A stretch of DNA of 64,000 nt. It comes from Eledone cirrhosa. Lineage: Eukaryota. Made by a program: the position numbers and the translations under genes. Position 1 is the first letter of the stretch; every line of letters begins with the position of its first letter. Under the pieces are notes generated by a model. That model saw only the letters and a list, made by a program, of their open reading frames with translations. It was not told where the DNA came from and ran no database searches. Below, piece by piece: positions 15,001 to 28,024 of the stretch. Where the stretch lies: NCBI GenBank assembly GCA_964016885.1, contig OZ024741.1, positions 277,760,001 to 277,824,000 of the forward strand. The letters run 5' to 3'.

Positions 15001-16752
15001 GTCGAGGGTTTGATGCCTAGACCGGAGCGGCGTGTTGTGTTCTTGGACTCACAATAATAAGGTCGAGGTTGTGATGCCTGGACCGGAGCGGCGTGTTGTG
15101 TTCTTGGACTCACAATAATAAGGTCGAGGGTTTGATGCCTTGATCGGAGCGGCGTGTTGTGTTCTTGGACCTACAATAATAAGGTCGAGGGTGTGATGCC
15201 TAGACCGGAGCGGCGTGTTGTGTTCTTGGACTCACAATAATAAGGTCGAGGGTTTGATGCCTAGACCGGAGCGGCGTGTTGTGTTCTTGGACTCACAATA
15301 ATAAGGTCGAGGGTTTGATGCCTTGATCGGAGCGGCGTGTTGTGTTCTTGGACCTACAATAATAAGGTCGAGGGTGTGATGCCTAGACCGGAGCGGCGTG
15401 TTGTGTTCTTGGACTCACAATAATAAGGTCGAGGGTTTGATGCCTAGACCGGAGCGGCGTGTTGTGTTCTTGGACTACAATAATAAGGTCGAGGTTGTGA
15501 TGACTAGACCGGAGCGGCGTGTTGTGTTCTTGGACTCACAATAATAAGGTCGAGGGTTTGATGCCTGGACCGGAGCGGCGTGTTGTGTTCTTGGACTCAC
15601 AATAATAAGGTCGAGGGTGTGATGCCTGGACCGGAGCGGCGTGTTGTGTTCTTGGACTCACAATAATAAGGTCGAGGGTGTGATGACTAGACCGGAGCGG
15701 CGTGTTGTGTTCTTGGACTCACAATAATAAGGTCGAGGGTTTGATGCCTGGACCGGAGCGGCGTGTTGTGTTCTTGGACTCACAATAATAAGGTCGAGGG
15801 TTTGATTCCTGGACCGGAGCGGCGTGTTGTGTTCTTGGACTCACAATAATAAGGCCGAGGGTTTGATGCCTGGACCGGAGCGGCGTGTTGTGTTCTTGGA
15901 CTCACAATAATAAGGTCGAGGGTTTGATTCCTGGACCGGAGCGGCGTGTTGTGTTCTTGGACTCACAATAATAAGGTCGAGGGTTTGATGACTGGACCGG
16001 AGCGGCGTGTTGTGTTCTTGGACTCACAATAATAAGGTCGAGGGTGTGATGCCTGGACCGGAGCGGCGTGTTGTGTTCTTGGACTCACAATAATAAGGTC
16101 GAGGGTGTGATGACTAGACCGGAGCGGCGTGTTGTGTTCTTGGACTCACAATAATAAGGTCGAGGGTTTGATGCCTGGACCGGAGCGGCGTGTTGTGTTC
16201 TTGGACTCACAATAATAAGGTCGAGGGTTTGATTCCTGGACCGGAGCGGCGTGTTGTGTTCTTGGACTCACAATAATAAGGCCGAGGGTGTGATGCCTAG
16301 ACCGGAGCGGCGTGTTGTGTTCTTGGACTCACAATAATAAGGTCGAGGGTTTGATGCCTGGACCGGAGCGGCGTGTTGTGTTCTTGGACTCACAATAATA
16401 AGGTCGAGGGTTTGATTCCTGGACCGGAGCGGCGTGTTGTGTTCTTGGACTCACAATAATAAGGTCGAGGGTTTGATGACTAGATCGGAGCGGCGTGTTG
16501 TGTTCTTGGACTCACAATAATAAGGTCGAGGGTTTGATGACTAGATCGGAGCGGCGTGTTGTGTTCTTGGACTCACAATAATAAGGTCGAGGGTTTGATG
16601 ACTAGATCGGAGCGGCGTGTTGTGTTCTTGGACTCACAATAATAAGGTCGAGGGTGTGATGCCTAGACCGGAGCGGCGTGTTGTGTTCTTGGACTCACAA
16701 TAATAAGGTCGAGGGTGTGATGCCTGGACAGGGGTAGAGTGTGTGTTCTTGA
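1..16752 (+). repeat. 61-bp satellite tandem array (~274 monomers; starts before the window), derived from a tRNA/CORE-SINE head
   Basis: Monomer GGACTCACAATAATAAGGTCGAGGGT(T/G)TGAT(G/T)CCT(G/A)GA(C/T)CGGAGCGGCGTGTTGTGTTCTT repeats continuously, with occasional 60-bp monomers (GGACTACAA). The last unit reads on into GTGTTCTTGAGCAAAATCTTTTATTTTAC. Confidence 0.98.
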
Positions 16753-17539
16753 GCAAAATCTTTTATTTTACTTTTCTCCTTCTACCAGGAGTTACAATTG
16801 TTAGATAGTATAAGCACGTGTGAAGACCAATCGAAACATTGTTTCCTTGCTCCGAGCTCCGATCTAACGATCGGCTATTTTCTATTCCCATTGTGAAGTC
16901 ATGTGGCCTTGTGGTTATATTGTGTTTATAATTTACGTTGCTCTTTCTGTCAGGAGTCGTGACCAACAGATAGTATCAAAAATAGAAAGATTAATGGAAA
17001 TAGTGTTTCCTCGGTCTGATCTGACAATCGACTCCTTTTTTTTTCTTTTCTTTTTTCTTCTTTAGTGGTTCTGAGTTCAAATACGGTAGGGGTCGACTTT
17101 GCCTTTCATCCTCCTGGCATCAATAGTCTCAATCTTAAATCGGACCGAGGAAACTGTCTTTCTATTGCTGGTACTATCTGTCGGTCGCAACTCCTAGTTG
17201 AATCATCACAGCACTTCCGGTGACATGAGATGTGATTTGAACCTAGAATGGTCACAACTAGAGCAGAGACTCCAAACCATCCTATCCGAAACTTTATCAA
17301 TTCCGCAAGTTCAACTCACACCACACTACTACTTTCTTCGTCCCCTAAAGAAAAATGAAGATCAAATCGATCAACAACTGAGGAAGTCGTAAGGGATCCA
17401 CTTTGACATACGACGTTTCTTGGGCATTTTAAAACCTGATGGTGCCTATCCCTCTCCAGGTCTAAATATAGCAGATTTCTTCCAGAGAATGATAATGAGT
17501 GAGAGAATGGAAGTGAGAAAGAGATATAGAGGAAGAATT

Positions 17540-17695
17540 GACCCCAGTACTTGAACTGGTACTTTTTTTACCGATCTCAAATGGATGGAAAGCAAAGTTG
17601 ACCTCGGCAGGATTTGAACTCAGAGTGCAGAGAACCGAAACGAATACTGCAAAGCATTCTATCCGACGTTCTAACTACTTTGCCAATTCGCCGCC
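17540..17695 (-). mobile_element. tRNA-derived SINE (abundant octopus-type family)
   Basis: Reverse complement of GGCGGCGAATTGGCA...TCTGAGTTCAAATCC...GAGGTCAACTTTGCTTTCCATCC...AGTACCAGT; same family as 23412 and 40243. Confidence 0.8.
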
Positions 17696-18294
17696 TCAAA
17701 CGCATATATATATTCGCTTTTTATCACTCCTTTCTCTGACTCTTCTTTTCTTACTTTCTTCCCTCTCCTTTACTTCTGACCCAGGTCACTTACGGGTCAT
17801 CATTTTTCTTTTCACTGATTTCCCTCTTCCCAAGCAGACCAATAATATAGTCTGCCGACCTACAAATTCTCTCCCAGCTCTTTTTATTTGCATCTGCCTT
17901 CGCGTTTGACCACGATTTAACGACTGTTATAAATATGTAATTATTCATTGTATATTTATTTTATAATTCTTTTTGAGATTTACCAATGTTCCGACGTCTC
18001 CATTGTTCATTCAGATATAGTTTTCGTTCTGTTAATGTTATATGTTCGGTTCGTTTATAGTTTTCATTGTGTTAATGTTATATGTTCGTTTCGTTTATAG
18101 TTTTCATTCTGTTAATGTTATATATTCGTTCGTCTATTTCCTGGGCAGTGATATATTTGGTACTCCACGTTCCATCTCGATAAGGCACAACCCTGTCCAA
18201 AAATATGCGAAACTGTCTCCGATGGAGGCCAGCTGATGACCAGGATCTTCATGTTGTTTTCCTTGCATTTGTTTACCGTTCGTTTAGTGCTTCA

Positions 18295-18396
<102 letters not shown>

Positions 18397-18426
18397 AAAG
18401 AATAGAGGTGTAACACACGAGTTATG

Positions 18427-18798
18427 ATATATTGGTAAACGGAAAAGAAAATGCTGAGCAAATTGTTCGCAGTGAAAAATAGTTTAATTAGGAATAAGTG
18501 AAAATTAGTAATAGTATTGGTTAGTATTCAGTTTTGGTTTTCAGTTTTACCGGTTGCGCATTTCTAATGCTTTTCAAAAATAATTTTGAGATAGAGCGTC
18601 CGTGATGTTTGCTCCAAACATCACGGGCACTCTATCTCAAAATTATTTTTGAAAAGCGTTAGAAATGCGCAAACGGTAAAACTGAAAACCAAAACTGAAT
18701 ACTAACCAATACTATTACTAATTTTCACTTATTCCTAATTAAACTATTTTTCACTGCGAACAATTTGTCAGCATTTTCTTTTCCGTTTACCAATATAT
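18427..18798. repeat. ~370-bp fold-back palindrome between (TA)n tracts
   Basis: Arms are reverse complements with a few mismatches; centre GTTTG-CTC-CAAAC at 18613. Confidence 0.93.
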
Positions 18799-19619
18799 AT
18801 ATATAGGAGGTGTACTTGTCTGGCAAGTGATTTGATATGAGACCGTTTGTTAAAATTAAAGCAATTAACACCGTGAAAGAGTTATTTTATTCATTCAAAA
18901 ACACACAAAACCAGTTAACTTAGATTTATATTTTTGGGGATGATGTCAAAATGTTCGTCACTCTCTGCGACCTGGTCACTAACACAGCTCCATCGCAGAC
19001 CATGTGACGGAAATCTTGACACCAAACAATAAATATAGAATGAAATTGACAATATACATATGTACATATGTGTTGGGGGTAACTGTGTGTGTCTGTCTGT
19101 CGGTCTGTCTGTGTGTGTGTCTGTCTATCTGTCTGTCTGTGTGTGTGTGTGTGTGCACATCTCTATTGTTTTCCACTTTAACTCCAACACATAGGCACCG
19201 TATTTTCTTAGACATATGTTAACGAAAGGGTTGAATAAAAATTGAAAAACAAATAAGATCGTTCTAATGTGTATATATAGAAGGTTATTTTATAAATCTG
19301 CATATGCGTTTCGACTAGTCAAGATTGATCGGGGTATTTATTGTCTCATATTTATCACTTTGTTTGTCATATTTCTAATGAAAAACACTGCCTATTATTT
19401 CCAATAATTTTGAAAATAATCAAGAATTTGGAGAGACTTGCAACTGATAATCCGGCACCTTTTTATAATCCGTACGTGAGCGGATACTTGAATTTCTCGC
19501 ATCTCACCAGATAAGTTAATTCACTTTAGGAGGTTACTTCGTGGTGTCATGTTTAATGTCAAGCCTTTGCTCCTTTATATTATTATAGTTGAGATGTAAG
19601 AACAATGGATTAGTAGACT

Positions 19620-19812
19620 CTTTACAATGTTGGACAAAATGCTATGCGGCATTTGTTCCGGTTCTTTACGCTCTGAGTTCCAATACCGAGGTCAACTTTG
19701 ACATTCATCATATCGGGTTCGATAAAATAAAGTACTAGTGAAGTACTAGGGTGCGATTTAATCTATTTTCCACGTTCCCCTCAAATTGCTGGCCTTGTAA
19801 CAATGTTAGAAA
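19620..19812 (+). mobile_element. tRNA-derived SINE, probably nested in a Tigger/pogo-like MITE (~19445-20155)
   Basis: CTCTGAGTTCC...GAGGTCAACTTTGAC...AAATTGCTGGCCTTGT; flanked by ATAATCCGGCACC / GGTGCCGGAAAAT inverted motifs. Confidence 0.65.
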
Positions 19813-20329
19813 TAATATATAGGACACAGACAACGAGGCATAGAGACACCAAACGAACGGTAAACGAAAGCAAGAAAAACAACGCGGAGATCCTGGTCAG
19901 CAGCTGTCCTTCATCGGGTACAGTTTCGCATAATTCTGGACAGGGTTGTACTTTATCAGGATTGAACGCTGGAATATGCAGTACCAAATCTATCACTGCT
20001 CAGGAAATAGACTAACGAATATATAACATTAACAGAACGACAACCATAAACGACTTCGTAATATGTTTCAAGTGAATTATTATACAGACGAGCAAAATGG
20101 ATTATCCGGCATGCGTCAGCAATGAAGGGTGCCGGAAAATCGGTGTTATACCTGTGTAACTAACTTTCTCCTTTCTTATTAAGCGGTTTGAAGCATAACT
20201 TAAAGGTTCTCACGTGAAATTAGAATGAAATGTTGTCTTATACATACTCATATTATACATAAACATATTGTTCGTATATTCCTTTGTACTGTGGATACAG
20301 CTATAATTTATTTATATGTAAAATAATAA

Positions 20330-20373
20330 CTGCACACGCTGAAGAGTCTTAGAGAGACGAAACGTGTCTGCAG
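20330..20373 (+). ncRNA. Hammerhead ribozyme motif (type I, stem I imperfect)
   Basis: CTGAAGA-GTCT(tagag)AGAC-GAAA-CGTG-TC; the downstream CTGCAGATTTATAAAATAAC has an inverted relative at ~19284-19312. Confidence 0.6.
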
Positions 20374-20501
20374 ATTTATAAAATAACTCTTTAAATACAT
20401 ACAAAGTAGGTTAGTCTTGTACTCATTATGTCTTTTTTCTTCAATTTTTATATTATTAAGAAAATAAATTACCAGCCTCCCTCTTTAGAATATATGAACG
20501 A

Positions 20502-20558
<57 letters not shown>

Positions 20559-20617
20559 GTGTATCTTTGCATGTATGTATGCACATGTACGTATAAATAC
20601 ACACACACATATATATG

Positions 20618-20697
<80 letters not shown>

Positions 20698-21269
20698 TAT
20701 ATACATACATATATATACACATATATATATACACATATATATGTATAAAATCTTTCACATCTCTAAATATTATTACATAATGTATATATATATGCGTGTG
20801 TGTGTGTGTGTGTGTTTGTGTGTGTCAGTATCTGTATGTGTGCGTGCGTATGCGTGTGTATGTGTATGTCTGTATGCCTGCATGTTTGTTCGTACGTCTT
20901 TTGACCCCTCAAAAGCAATATGGTGAGGGGGGGAGGGGTATGGAGAACTAAAGACGGAACTAGAAGACATCCGATTGGTTGATTCGTTGGTGACTGGTGA
21001 CTGGTGACTGGTGATTGGTGACTGGTGACTTGTGACTGTTATTACGAAATTATAATTAGTTGCAGGTTCTATCGCTATGGAAACGCTTCCAGCGGATAGC
21101 TCGTTTGGAGATGGAGACGGTGAGGGGGGAGAAAGGGTGGTGGGGTTGGTGAGGGGGAAGAAATGGTGGTGGTGTTGGTGAGGGGGGAGAGTAGGAGGGG
21201 AAGAAGAGGGGAAGGAAAATGCTGACATATTTCATAATTTTTTTTCTCCTTTCATTTTAATGTCTTTTT

Positions 21270-22070
<801 letters not shown>

Positions 22071-22279
22071 TTGTAACAGAATCGCCCCAGAAATATGTTT
22101 GAAATATATATTTGAAAAACAATTTCTCTACAGAATGTTGTTTGTACGTGTTGGATGTGGGTTGGGAAGGTTAAAGGTTGGGGAGAGTTGCAAAGGTCAT
22201 TGCACGACGACGACACCAACAACAATGTGTATTTGTCTTGGAACTCCGTCGGTTTCGACGATGAGTGTTGCATTTGTAA

Positions 22280-22600
22280 AATGGAGAAAAATCATGGTCG
22301 GCATCACCTTACACGACAGGAAGAGTAACACATGGATTCAGCAGCAGACTGGCATGAGGGACATAATCGAGACTATGAAGAAGGGCAAACATAGACGGGG
22401 CTTGTTAATTCGTTTGTCTCAGAGACAACAGGTGGTGACAGAGTGGTGGACACCAAAGTAGTGGAAAATAACCAGAAGGAGGCCAAAGGCAAGATGATAT
22501 GATGATGTGACCCGATGCCTCGGTCCTCCACATGGCCCAGTATGGCCAGAGATGGAAATCGGTGGAGTTCAACCGGGGAGGGATTCCTCCAACATGAATA
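22280..22600 (+). mobile_element. Decayed 3' end of an RTE-type LINE
   Basis: Translation [27 protein letters not shown]...VTEWWTPK resembles the RTE ORF C-terminus; frameshifted. Confidence 0.65.
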
Positions 22601-22737
22601 AGAAGGTCCTGGATTTGGATTTGAGAATTCCATAAACACGTGTACTTTTAACTTAGTCCTGAAGCAGATTCAATGTGACAAGACTGGCCCATTGAATTAC
22701 AAGTACAGCCTATTTTTTCTAGCTAGAGTAACCGGAA

Positions 22738-22821
<84 letters not shown>

Positions 22822-23411
22822 ATATATATATATACAGTGTACCACCGACATTCACGGTACTGCTTATTCAGGGAATTTTCCTTATAACATAACTAATAAT
22901 TGTTCGTGGAAGCCACCATATATTCGCGGAATCGTAAATATCTTCGGCGATCTTTTTAATAGCTTTTTTCGTGGCAATATATATATTTTTTTGACGCTAA
23001 ATTATTACAACTAGCAGAAAAACCACCCTTCGGGAGGTTTTCTGCTGACATGTGTAGTGTGTATATTGATATTATACGCAAGTATATATACATGTAGATA
23101 TGATACATCAAATAAAATGGTAATTGACAATATACACAGAAATTAAACGAAGACTGCGTTACACTCTCTTATGTAATCAGTAACGTAATCCATGATACAT
23201 TAAAAAAAAGACCATATTATATATAAACTGCATTAGGAGAAAATTAGTGACGGAAATATATGAATGTTTATTTATCGCTAACCGGAAGTGTTGACATTTG
23301 AAAATGTTAAAGAAGTGAATCTTTAAATAAGCAATAAAATATATTTAATCAAAAGCTACGAAATTTAGCAGATAAATTATGTAATATTCATTCATTATTT
23401 ATTCAAAGTAA

Positions 23412-23599
23412 AGGGCGGTGGATTGGCAGTATCGGTAGAGGGTCGGACGCCATGCTTTGACGCATAGAGTTACGGCCCTTGCCATTCTGAGTTCAAATCC
23501 CGCCGAGGTTAACTTTGCCTTTCATCCTTACGAGGTCGATAAAATAAAGTACCAGTAATACACTGGTTAATTGCTGGCCTTGTGCCAAAAGTAGAAACA
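23412..23599 (+). mobile_element. SINE with 18-bp target-site duplication
   Basis: ATTATTTATTCAAAGTAA at 23394-23411 and 23600-23617; the empty site is present in the inverted mate (~30490). Confidence 0.92.
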
Positions 23600-23849
23600 A
23601 TTATTTATTCAAAGTAATCCAACTTATTTTACAAACGGGATAAAAAAACATTATATTCTGGATGCAGTCCCGCACTCCTTTCTTTGTTATAGTTAAGATA
23701 TACAGTATTTCCCGGTCTATAGGACGCTCCTTTATTGTTTTTACGTTATATTTTGACATTTATATGCATTTTTATGGACCACGTCCTATATTCGCGGGTG
23801 CTCTAGGAAAATAATCCCCCGCGAACACCGGGTGATAACTGTAAATATA

Positions 23850-24200
23850 TTGGAAAGGCACCTAAGCAATGGCAATCGGGAGGGATAATCCCAATTTTCA
23901 AACAGGAAGACAAGAGAGATTGTTCGAATTACAGAGAGATTTTGTTAAGCCTCCTCGGTAAGGTCTATACTAAGTGTCTATACTTGTCGAATCCAAGCTA
24001 GCTGATGAACAGTGTCGTTTTCGCCCCGGATACAGCACAGCTGACCAAATATTCACAGTGCAACAGGTCTGCGAGAAATAGTGGAAGTATTGCCAAGAAG
24101 TATATTGTTGCTTTGTCGACCTTGAAAAGGTATATAACCGCATTCCTCGGGACCTGCTGTGGAAGATTTTGCAGAAGTATGGGATCGATAATCAGCTTCT
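23850..24200 (+). pseudogene. RTE-clade LINE reverse transcriptase fragment
   Basis: Frameshifted translation PKQWQSGGIIPIFKQEDKRDCSNYR...EQCRFRPGYSTADQIF...FVDLEKVYNRIPRDLLWKILQKYGI (N-terminal RT domains). Confidence 0.88.
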
Positions 24201-24416
24201 TGCTGATATACGTCTCAGCATGGCCTCAGCCTGTCGGGTGGGGCACGTAATAGAGTAATATAGGTATATATATATATATATATTATGTGTGTGTGTGTGT
24301 GTGTGTGTGTTAGGTAATTCCGAAGAAAAGGCAATGGAAAAAAGTGTGCTCTATGTATAGAACAGAGCTATATAATTAGATTTTAAATCTCATTTCATAT
24401 TTTCTATTTTTAACAT

Positions 24417-24484
24417 CTCTGTCTGATGAACGATCCAGACGTATATTAACATTGTCTAAGATTCAGAAACCTTTGGTAATGGAG
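24417..24484 (+). ncRNA. Type I hammerhead ribozyme (family C)
   Basis: CTCTGT-CTGATGA-stem II (GATC.AGAC...GTCT..GAT)-GAAA-CC(TTT)GG-TA|ATGGAG; GUA cleavage triplet. Confidence 0.8.
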
Positions 24485-24510
24485 TAGTTATATATTGTGT
24501 TGTTCACTTT

Positions 24511-24587
<77 letters not shown>

Positions 24588-24736
24588 TAACAGATTAAAG
24601 TTTAAGCAAAGAATCGCTGCTTTCACCCTTAGCGGGATCTTCTGAAACTAACAAAGTCAATCTGTAAACGCAGAACTGGATATTTCAAAAAACGTTCGAG
24701 TCCTCTTTGGATTTTAGTCTTCAATTTTATTATTAT

Positions 24737-24771
<35 letters not shown>

Positions 24772-24980
24772 TTTTAGAATAAATATATATTAATTTTAGA
24801 ATTCGTCCAAGATCGCCGTTTGCCACTCCCTCCATGCTTTTACATTTTTATATAGTAATCAAATAATCACCAAGATTTCAGTACTGATGTGAAGTCCTTT
24901 TGAGTTGCTTAAACTGGTTTATCTTCGCGGCGTTACGACGTAACGTCCATAAATAAACACCCTTATATATATATATATAT

Positions 24981-25658
24981 ATTGAGTTAAGAACTCAGGA
25001 TAGTCCCTTACAATTAAATAGCTCTAAGAAAAAAGCTTTTCCGAGTCGTACAATATAATTGAATAAACAAGAGAGATGAACACTAATATAAACATACATG
25101 TGTTCGAATCGTAAGGACTAAAATTTGCTAGGGTGAAAGAATACTAACTACAGCAATATTGTTATCCTTAACTTTAAATATTAAATTTAAAAAATAACAG
25201 ACCTATATTGGGCAAATATGCCTGGTAACAACTAGACGGTGTTGGAGACTGTTTCGCAATGACTTATTAAGTGAAGTTCTCACGTCTCTCTGCTCCTCAG
25301 TAGTTGTTGAGAAATTAGTGATCCTTTCACTTCTAAAAATATTAGAGAATGAATTGTGTACGATATGAATTATCGCACGTGTCATTCGGAACCCAGCTTG
25401 TCTCGAAATTCCCTGCCGCTAAAATTAGCAGCCTGGCTGACAGAACAATAAAATTTAGCTCTACATGATGGAGCCGACAAATATATATTGAGTTAAGAAC
25501 TCAGGATAGTCCCTTACAATTAAATAGCTCTAAGGAAAAAGCTTTTCCGAGCCGTACAATATAATTGAATAAACAAGAAAGATGAACACTAATATAAACA
25601 TACATGTGTTCGAATCGTAAGGACTAAAATTTGCTAGGGTGAAAAAATACTAACTTCA

Positions 25659-25661
<3 letters not shown>
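24981..25661 (-). mobile_element. ~506-bp retrozyme-like unit, 1.3 tandem copies, in (TA)n
   Basis: 24981-25155 is repeated at 25487-25661; one hammerhead per unit. Confidence 0.8.
25227..25308 (-). ncRNA. Type I hammerhead ribozyme (family D)
   Basis: rc: AACAACTA-CTGAGGA-GCA...TGC-GAAA-CAGT(ctccaac)ACCG-TC|TAGTTGTT; perfect 8-bp stem I. Confidence 0.82.
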
Positions 25662-25742
<81 letters not shown>

Positions 25743-25906
25743 GGAAACTATATTTATAAAACCATATTTATTCTATTATATATATTTCAAGGGTACCAAA
25801 ACTTTGGTACGCTTTCAAAACTTGTCGAGTGCTCTGAATCAGTTATAAACATTTATATTTGTTGAATTACCAACAAATTGAATATCCGTTTTACTTATAT
25901 ATATAT

Positions 25907-26267
25907 ATATTAATTCAAAATATTAATAAATATAGACATTCATGTAATCAAATATATTTTATTATATATATTTCGGCGGTACTGTGCTGTTTCCTCAGTA
26001 CGTCCTCATCAGATAAAATATATAAATTGATGTATGACATACCTCAACTGTGCTGATCGTTCAATTCCAGTCTTGGCAGTCAAGACTGGAATTACTGCCA
26101 AGACTGGAATTGAACCATCAGCACAGTTGAGGTATGTCATACATCAATTTATATATTTTATCTGATGAAGACGTACTGAGGAAACAGCACAGTACCTCCG
26201 GAATATATATAATAAAATATATTTGATTACATGAATGTCTATATTTATTAATATTTTGAATTAATAT
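25907..26267. repeat. Fold-back palindrome with a hammerhead in each arm (family E)
   Basis: Centre ~26087 with a short duplicated CAAGACTGGAATT at the junction. Confidence 0.92.
25952..26023 (-). ncRNA. Type I hammerhead ribozyme (family E; mutated mate at 26151-26222 +)
   Basis: rc: ATATATTTTAT-CTGATGA-GG..GTACTG...CAGTAC..CC-GAAA-TATATA-TA|ATAAAATATAT; 11-bp stem I and palindromic stem III. Confidence 0.82.
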
Positions 26268-26359
26268 TAATAACTCCAGAAAACTTTTTTGTTGAGTGCT
26301 TCTAATCTATTGTAAAACTATATTCATTGATTAATCAATGAACCTTGTTTAACTTTTGG

Positions 26360-26394
<35 letters not shown>

Positions 26395-26402
<8 letters not shown>

Positions 26403-26785
26403 TAAAAGGAATTCCAACTTTGTCTGATTCACTCGTTTTATTTACAATCCTTTGAAATTTATAATGGTATTAGAATGAAATAGTATGGTAGAATATTAAA
26501 TGTTAAGTGTTAATTGAACAAGTACTTTCATGCTTTCGCAATCTTCAGGTTCATATTATGTGGTGACAGTCAAGTTTGCAATTTTCAACTGTTGAAAATT
26601 GCAAACTTGACTGTCACCGCACATTATGAACCTGAAGATTGCGAAAGCATGAAAGTACTTGTTCAATTAACACTTAACATTTAATATTCTACCATACTAT
26701 TTCATTCTAATACCATTATAAATTTTAAAGGATTGTAAATAAAACGAGTGAATCAGACAAAGTTGGAATTCCTTTTATTAATATA
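26395..26785. repeat. Fold-back palindrome with a hammerhead in each arm (family F)
   Basis: Near-perfect inverted arms with a 1-nt loop at 26590. Confidence 0.95.
26627..26665 (+). ncRNA. Minimal type I hammerhead (family F; mate 26515-26553 -)
   Basis: TGAAC-CTGAAGA-TTGC(GAAA)GCAT-GAAA-GTAC-TT|GTTCA; palindromic stem III AGTACT. Confidence 0.85.
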
Positions 26786-26844
26786 ATCTTCTATACACAA
26801 TCATACACACCCGTGTATATTTATCTATCTCTCTCTATATATAT

Positions 26845-26880
<36 letters not shown>

Positions 26881-26988
26881 GAAGGAAGTGTTGTAAGGAA
26901 CCAGGTGGACCATAACGCACCAGAATACTCAAAACTTTGGGTAGTAGAGTGGGTAATATGAAAAGGTTCAGGACCCCGACGGCAGAGC

Positions 26989-27330
26989 TCAAGCCGTTTC
27001 GACGGCTATTTCTGGACTAAATTCAATTTTTAGCGTGGTATCCGGGGAGTTACACCTCCTGTTCGGTTCTCCACTAATGTCTAGGTTGTTTCTTCCGTAG
27101 GAGTTGAGTTTCTTGTTGTTTGAGGAGGCGATGTTTTGTGCGAAGTTGGGTGTGGTGCTGTAGGAGAGTTTGATAGTGTTTTTGTTGATTATGTTGTGGT
27201 AGCGGTGTTGTGGTGGGAAGTGTTTTTCGAGGAGCCTAAAGAAGATTTTCCTGATTGGTGTTGCAACCTCGGCATTGTGGGGAGAGTTGAACCACGTTAC
27301 ATCCTTTTCCCTCTTTCGCTTATCCTGAGG
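26989..27330 (-). pseudogene. Penelope-like element (Neptune-type) ORF fragment, RT-to-GIY-YIG linker region
   Basis: KDVTWFNSPHNAEVATPIRKIFFRLLEKHFPPQHRYHNIINKNTIKLSYSTTPNFAQNIASSNNKKL matches the PLE WFNPP...KHFP...KLSYS.MPN pattern; flanked by inverted pLTR-like sequence (26980-27040 vs 27737-27798). Confidence 0.85.
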
Positions 27331-27708
27331 CAGCCCATCGGACTTTTGTAGCCTCAGTACACCCACCCCCGTGAATTCTATATAACATTAGCTGAAAACG
27401 CAACACCAGCTAAAAATATAGCAGCTGTTTTAGACTCTATTTTTTTTATTTTATAATTTTCAGATTCCTGTATAATTCTATTTTTGCTTGCTTTCTAGCT
27501 AGCCTATTTCATCCCCACTCCTTAGAATTTGCTGTATAGGATTTACTTTTAACGCTTGACCGGCTTCACCCACTCCCTCTTTATTCTACAGGCAAGTTAA
27601 GCCACCCCCTCCACCTACCAACTGCCATGAAAGATTTAACTGTGTTTACAAAAAACTTCGACCAATCCTTTTGAAATACCTGATTACCGCATGCCGATAT
27701 ATGGAATT

Positions 27709-27799
27709 ACCCCTTGAAAAGCTCGGCTATTTCATTACCACGCTAAAAATTGAATTTAGTCCAGAGATAGCCGTAGAAACGGCTTGAGCTCTGCCGTCG
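27709..27799 (+). ncRNA. Degenerate hammerhead of the PLE pLTR (family G)
   Basis: ACCCC-TTGAAAA (2 mismatches to CUGANGA)-CGGCTATTTC...GAGATAGCCG-GAAA-CGGC(ttgagctct)GCCG-TC; stem I 3' strand GGGGT is seen in copies at ~26973 (-) and ~31200 (+). Confidence 0.65.
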
Positions 27800-27951
27800 T
27801 CCAAGATCACCGTTTGCCACTCCCTCCATGCTTTTATATCAAGTAATCACCAACATTTGACTGGGGATACATTACTGATGTGAAGTGCTTTTGAGTTGCT
27901 TAAACTGATTTATTCTCTCGGCGTTACGACGTAACGTCCATAGATAAACAC

Positions 27952-28017
<66 letters not shown>

Positions 28018-28024
<7 letters not shown>

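Larger units (their letters stand above)
22872..24516 (+). repeat. Left arm of a ~1.5-1.6 kb inverted duplication (mate 29521-31032)
   Basis: Collinear reverse-complement match, including near-identical ORFs 24005+ and 29840-; contains pogo-like MITE sequence, a SINE, an RTE fragment and a hammerhead. Confidence 0.95.

Noticed and set aside
1-16752. CRISPR-like array (constant hairpin-forming segment alternating with a variable segment)
   Set aside because: The variable parts are point variants of one sequence, not unique spacers; there are no cas genes and the context is eukaryotic.
18188-18250. GAAACTGTC...CTGATGA as a permuted (type II) hammerhead
   Set aside because: Stem I does not abut CUGAUGA and no stem II pairing could be found.
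24005-24250. 81-aa ORF present twice (also 29840-30085) as a conserved gene
   Set aside because: It is an off-frame reading of a decayed RTE RT fragment inside the inverted duplication.
24870-24930. ACTGATGTGAAG motif in the element repeated at 24805 and 27799 as a ribozyme
   Set aside because: The core is CUGAUGU with no matching GAAA-stem III; only the dispersed repeat itself is supported.
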